The notes under the pieces are model-generated. The model was not told where the DNA came from. It made no database searches and saw only the letters and a program-made list of their open reading frames with translations. From Octopus bimaculoides (lineage: Eukaryota), in NCBI RefSeq assembly GCF_001194135.2, contig NC_068984.1:33354189-33408921 (forward strand): DNA of 54,733 nucleotides. Direction: 5' to 3'. A program made the position numbers and the translations under genes. Shown in pieces: positions 49,121-54,733 of the stretch. Position 1 is the first letter of the stretch, and the number at the start of each line of letters is the position of its first letter.

Positions 49121-50385
49121 AATATACACGCATAGTTTCGTATTTACGCGAATTAACATATGTACGATATCGATGGTACATATGTAACGAAGGAAAATTA
49201 CGAGTAATATCTCTATACCGAAAAATATAATGCTGAAAAACCAGCAAACACGTTTAAACCTTTTGCTTTCTGAACTCATTTACTAATATCTTTTAAAGAA
49301 TTATTTAGTGAGAAATGATGTATGTGTCCATGAGTCTATAGAGCTTTAGTGACAAGAGGGAGGGAGGCGATGAGGTATTATGAAACCGAAGAACTGACCG
49401 CATGCTTCCAATTGATTATAGTTAGAACCGGGTTAAATTCTAAGTGCCAAAGTACAAACTGCCGTGTACATTTGATCCATGGTTGCACCTCGATTAAAGA
49501 GATCTTTCGCGAAAGTATATTAAAGCAACAACATAATTTCCCTGGCTTTACCGTAGTTGCCAAATATCTGTAGATGTATCAGCCTCACTGCTTGCCAGCG
49601 CACCATTTGTAACATGTTTGGAATGGCTCAATCACTGGTTTAATGCCATGTCAATATTTGAAGCACAATACAAAACAAATATTTCGTGGATGCTTCGTGC
49701 GTAAAGCCCTGGTTTTCCATCAAAGCTGATATGTATATTATAGTATTCGTTCATAGATACAAAGTATACACGAACACATTTTCATACATTCGGTATATGA
49801 AAGGATACTGCAATGACTGCTGTCTCCCAAGCTACATATACCATAGACTCGAGTACTGGTGTACTCAAATCTATGGTATGATATACTTGACAATAACGCT
49901 GCCCAGTGTGATCAAACTCAGAAACACAAGGTTGCAAAGGGAGCTTCTTAACCAAAGAATCAATAATTGATTGATAAAGATTTTGCAAGATAGAAATGGA
50001 GATAACATCTTTGAATTCATACTGGTCCTCTATTCTAATTATTTCTTCAAAGGAAAACGCTGCGTATTTCTAACCCAACCTCTTTTACAAAGGGTGACGA
50101 GAGAGTTACATTTATTATGTTCCAAAATTGCAAGCACATCGCTGCAAGTGATTGCAACTGTATGACTGATACAAACAGACCGACAATCTTCCTTCAATAT
50201 ATGTATGTGTATAGAAACGTTCCGCTTTTAGGAACTAGTGACATGTGCTTAAAAGTTACTTTATTTCACTCGCTAACAGAGTCACCATTATTAATACATC
50301 CACTTTCAATAATTTACCACCGAGAACAACAGCTATAATAACTATCACTACTACTGCAAAAACAAAGAAAACAGTTAGAAACATA

Positions 50386-50423
50386 GTGACGATGATGTGG
50401 ATGATGACGACGACGACGACGAC

Positions 50424-50488
<65 letters not shown>
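50386..50488. repeat. (GAC)n-(GAT)n microsatellite
   Basis: Directly visible; source of the poly-M and poly-H ORFs. Confidence 0.95.
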
Positions 50489-50489
<1 letters not shown>

Positions 50490-52229
50490 AGAGCGATGAA
50501 GAGAAGGAAATGTTTGAACGAAAACCGTGTGTCGACATCAAAAGAATTCTTGTAATATATCTTGTAGTCAAAACCAGAACATGGAAGTGCGGAACGAATC
50601 GATCGTTTTAGATCGTTTTAGATCAGCAAACTGTTAGAGCAATTGCAAGATGACATGCAATTGTGATCGATCCATTTTTTCATGATATTCACAAATAAAC
50701 CCACTTTCCTAATTAATTTTATTACTACAAACCTTCGTTTGAGCTTTAATTTGAATAAGCATTTTAAGGTGTGTAATTAGTTCCATGAATTGTTAAATTT
50801 TACTTCATGAAATATGCACAACTGAGACGCTTACTATTATTAATTCGAGTTTTATTAACACCGATCTTCTCTTCCACTTACTTCTCCACGTGCAGTAGTA
50901 TATCTGCTAAAGGAAATTTTAATAGCTATACTGAAATTACTTGCGATATTAGAAATGTGAAAGGATTATACGTGATCCTTTACCGTAATATAATAGCTAT
51001 TGATATACTGGAATTTATTACATCCATGTATTAACAGGCCCGTTTAAATTGTATACTAATACATAACAGATAGTTAATCAATAGACTCCAAAATGTATAA
51101 AATTTAAAGGCAAGATTGTTCGCTGAAGGATCTATTGACTTCTGAGGGAATCAAAACGTTGTTCTTTTTACGCGCTTAAGGTTTTTGTCACGTTTTCAAT
51201 TACTTCCAAATGTAAAGTAGACTTAAGAGTAATCTTATGCTGTGCGAAAATGGATAAAAGATCGACAGTGACGAACAAACAACTTTCAACATAGTACCTT
51301 GTAATGCTAGAAATAGCGGTCAACTCACCCTCAATTTTACAATTTCGTCTTAAATAACGAAAGAATAACGAAAGACCTACCATAAAAATGGTCATAGTTG
51401 AAGCACCTTTAATGAATTATGTGTTCTATCATGGTAGATCACTGACTAAACGTATATATAATAGCAGTGTAGACCAAATAATTTGTTGTCGTAAGTGTGC
51501 TACTTATAACAGCATTTTTTTGTTACTTAGATGAGATGATTACCTTTTTATCAAGCGTAGACAAATCATGCACCGAAGAAAATGTTTGAAACGGTAAGAT
51601 ATTCATTGATCATGCAGTAGAATAGGGATTCAGTACTTCACGATCCCTATTCAGACGCAGAAACGCAACTCAATTTCTCTTCTTTTTATGCTCCATATTG
51701 GCTTCGAGGCAAACATTTCATTCCTATTCACAGAAAAAAATCCAATGAAAAATAGTCTTCCCCGAAGTCTAATGAGCGATTCTATTTCGCAAGTTCAAGT
51801 GAGTTATGACATCAATTGAATGATTTATTGCTTGAGGTATCAGTATTGATTTGATCCATATGTTTTCCATTTTGTTGAGCTTTTCACCGTGAAGGCCAGC
51901 TTCCTTTAACTGGAAAACGTCCTTGATGTTTACATACATGTATTTAAAACAACTCGATGACGAGCACTTATCCCTGTCAAACATTCAGTAATGCAAGTCT
52001 TAATATAGACTTGCAATTATGAGATGCTTTGAAAATTCTTTTCTATTGTTTGCACTCCTGATTGTATAAAAGCATGTTTCCGGTCAAAAATTTAAAGTTT
52101 GAAATTTGAAAACTGTATGAAGGACAATCATATTAATTTGAAATATTTAATGAAGTACACAGAATGTGTTCACTAGTGAACTGATAAGGTGTCAGTAATT
52201 ACTGGTATTTATTTGTATCAGTTGGCTAC

Positions 52230-52964
52230 ATACATATATATAGAGAGAGAGAAACATACACAAACACAGCCACACAGGGCGTCACCAACAGGGTACAGGG
52301 TATCACCAACAGTACAACAGTAAACAACATGAGATACGAAAAAAATGACTTTAATGCGCAAACAGAGACAGAAACAAGTGTAAAACAGGATAAGTAACAT
52401 AAAGAATGACCCTTCGTCAGTTGTTAGCTGTCTATGTACTCCTCATTTCGAGCATTGAATGATAATATGAGTCTTCGAAGACTGTTGATCTCATAAGTAC
52501 TAAAATAAAATTTGGGATTTATGGATGGTCCAAGTTCGGAACAAAAGCAGGACAGTGAAGACGTACAAGGAAACCGAACGAAAACAAATATGGAGGGTCG
52601 TTCGACCAGAACGAGGGTAAAATAGCGAACGTTGGAGTAATATTTTCTTTAAAAATAGAAAAGATAGAAGAGAGATATATAATACGGCCTGCCCTTAGGA
52701 TAATGGTGAAACAGAAGAAATACGATCACATGAGGAAAAGAAAGAAGATGATGGACACATGTGAGCAACGGGAGAGAAAAAAGGAGAAACAGGGGAAGAC
52801 AGAGAGACACATAGAAAACGATGAAGGGGAGGAAAAGGGAATTACACAAAAGGATGGGAGATAAAACGATGAGGGAGGAAACAGTATAGAGTAGAGTCGC
52901 ATGAAAAAGATGAGATAAACTTACTTGGAAATAGATGTGTGGCGTTCAGTCATATAATGATATA

Positions 52965-53007
<43 letters not shown>

Positions 53008-53900
53008 TATATGTGTGTGTATGTGTATGTGTGTAAGATCCAGCGATCGAGGTGTACGAAGGAAGTTAGCTTCAAACAATCCGTGGTAAATACAAAAAAA
53101 ACCCGACTTCCAGGAAGAATTGAGACGGAACGCTACGGATTATTTTTCTTTATCGGAGAACGAAGAACAGAAGAAAGAAGAAGTTTCTTTTTATATTGCA
53201 CGGTAGGCGACCAGGGTTGCCGAGTGTGCGAAAAAGCATACAAAAGTTACGGGGTTGGGTAGGAAAAATCCAGGCTACATATGTTTCATAGCGAATGGAA
53301 CCTTAGAGGTAATAAAATTCAAACGAACTGTATACCGCCGGTTACTCTTTAGGTCAAGGATATCTTGATTAGATTAAGGGCTACATTGTCGGAGAGGATT
53401 CAGTCAGACTGTGTGGAGGGTTCGGTATGCGATGGGTATATAAATGTAGGGAGAAATAAGTATTAGAAGGGAAGAAAGAAGAGAAAGGAAAATATAAATA
53501 TGTAAATAAAATAAACTATAAGGGAGTGAGAGGATTGGTCAGGTCAGTCGTAGATAACATATTAGTTTAGCTTAATCATAAAATTTTAATAGTAAGATTG
53601 GCAATTGAAGGAAAAATAAAATGGAGGAGAGACGGTAGGGAAATAATTTTGGCTGTGGGGTAGAAAGAAAGTGTGTATAGATAAAGCAATGTAGAGTGCC
53701 GTATTTAAATACGACTAGTTGGTGTTTGTAGTCGAGAAGTCTGTAAGGCACATAAAAAGGAATTATGAAGTGGTGGAGGTGTGTGTGGGTGTATATATTT
53801 GTAAGTTTACGGGTGGGGGAGGCCTAAGAGGGGGAGGGAGAATAAATATAAGGAGAGAAGAATATTATAAGTAGTAAGCAAAAATACGGAGAGAACACTG
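52230..53900 (-). mobile_element. Possible very old Penelope-like relic
   Basis: Purine-rich plus strand. Minus-strand YRTLHTV*LNPL at ~53391-53430 resembles the terminal LxTxxPxGLN motif of PLE GIY-YIG ORFs, and a CTGACGAAGGG motif lies at ~52408-52420 (minus). Otherwise unrecognisable. Confidence 0.25.
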
Positions 53901-54733
53901 CAATTGGCGATCAAAGAATTAAAAGGGGAGAAAAGCGTTGTCAGTTCAATACTAAGTGGTAGTGAGAGTGCATGAGCCGGAGAAAAAAATATATACGAGA
54001 TTAAGGGGAAGATATGAGCGTGGTGAGGTTGTAATTATTTGTATTTTGAGAATAGATTTAGTGCCTGATGGTTGCAGGTGAATGTTATAGCAGTCTTTGA
54101 GCGCAAAAATGAAAGATTTTTTAAAATAATTTTCAGGGGGAACGTACAAAAAACGTCACAACTGAGATTTTACGCACGACTTATTGAAATACACGGAAGT
54201 CAGTTTGTAGACAGAGCTTACAAACCCCGTTTGAGCGTATACAGCTCTAAAAGAAAATAGCTTGAGCGAAAGAAACAACTTGAGCCGCTTTAGGATAGCG
54301 TGGTGGAAATCTCACTGGTTAGTAATAAAGACTTATCGGTTGTAAGTGGCCCATACGTATGCACAACCGCACGCACAACGTTTTTCAATAGAGGGAGAAA
54401 TGTAAATAGTGTATTTTAATAGACTGCGTACACACATTTAAAAATAAGTAATGTTGTATGTAGAACGTCCAAATATCGTAAAGACAAAGATTTTTAAGCA
54501 CAACAAAACTGAAATACACTGAAGTCAATTTTAGGCAGATGTGGCAAACTCTTTAAACACACTGGGTGAACAGAACTTAAAAATAACTAAATTATTTTTC
54601 AGGCAGAAAGTACAGATAATGTAACAACAAAACTTTTACGCGCAATGAATTGAAATACACAGAAATCAATTTGCAGACATAAGTTAATGTGTGAGTGTGG
54701 TAAAGAGAAAAGAGAGAGAGAGAGAGAGAGAGA

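Noticed and set aside
49678-49725. Minus-strand DGKPGLYARSIHEIF, resembling a kinesin motor segment
   Set aside because: No adjacent P-loop or switch motifs and no convincing donor; likely coincidence.
50245-50571. Poly-Met and poly-His ORFs
   Set aside because: Translations of the (GAT)n microsatellite.
51620-51652. 10-bp perfect inverted repeat GAATAGGGAT/ATCCCTATTC
   Set aside because: Too short for a pre-miRNA and no supporting context.
54186-54680. Three dispersed copies of GAAATACAC.GAA.TCA.TTT
   Set aside because: Short, degenerate and irregularly spaced; probably remnants of an old repeat, with nothing interpretable.

Overview
AT-rich eukaryotic genomic DNA from a short-read draft scaffold, with 14 N-gaps totalling about 5.4 kb, most flanked by (TA)n, (CA)n or (GATA)n. 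The tRNA-derived SINE families and microsatellite load match what I recall for octopus (cephalopod) genomes; this is recognition, not a database result. I find no intact protein-coding gene, RNA gene, CRISPR array or operon. Nearly all long ORFs in the track are artefacts of N-runs or simple repeats, and the rest are pieces of decayed transposons. Recognisable relics: five Dong/R4-type RLE non-LTR fragments (all minus strand, tied to (TAA)n/(TGA)n/(TAG)n tracts), an RTE-BovB relic, a second RTE relic with a 5' inversion, two CR1-like fragments, a Tx1-like fragment, a DD37D (maT) transposase relic, a probable Merlin transposase relic, a HINE-like element, a hAT-type MITE, two foldback elements, at least seven SINE copies and Penelope-like termini. 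The most structured region is 36-46 kb: an inverted RTE, a head-to-tail Dong array with one internally deleted copy, a duplicated Dong/Tx1 junction and a perfect 170-bp-arm palindrome against a gap. One well-formed candidate plus-strand microexon (29831-29862) hints that the window may be intronic. I did not find a new multi-gene system; the novelty candidates concern transposon mechanics.
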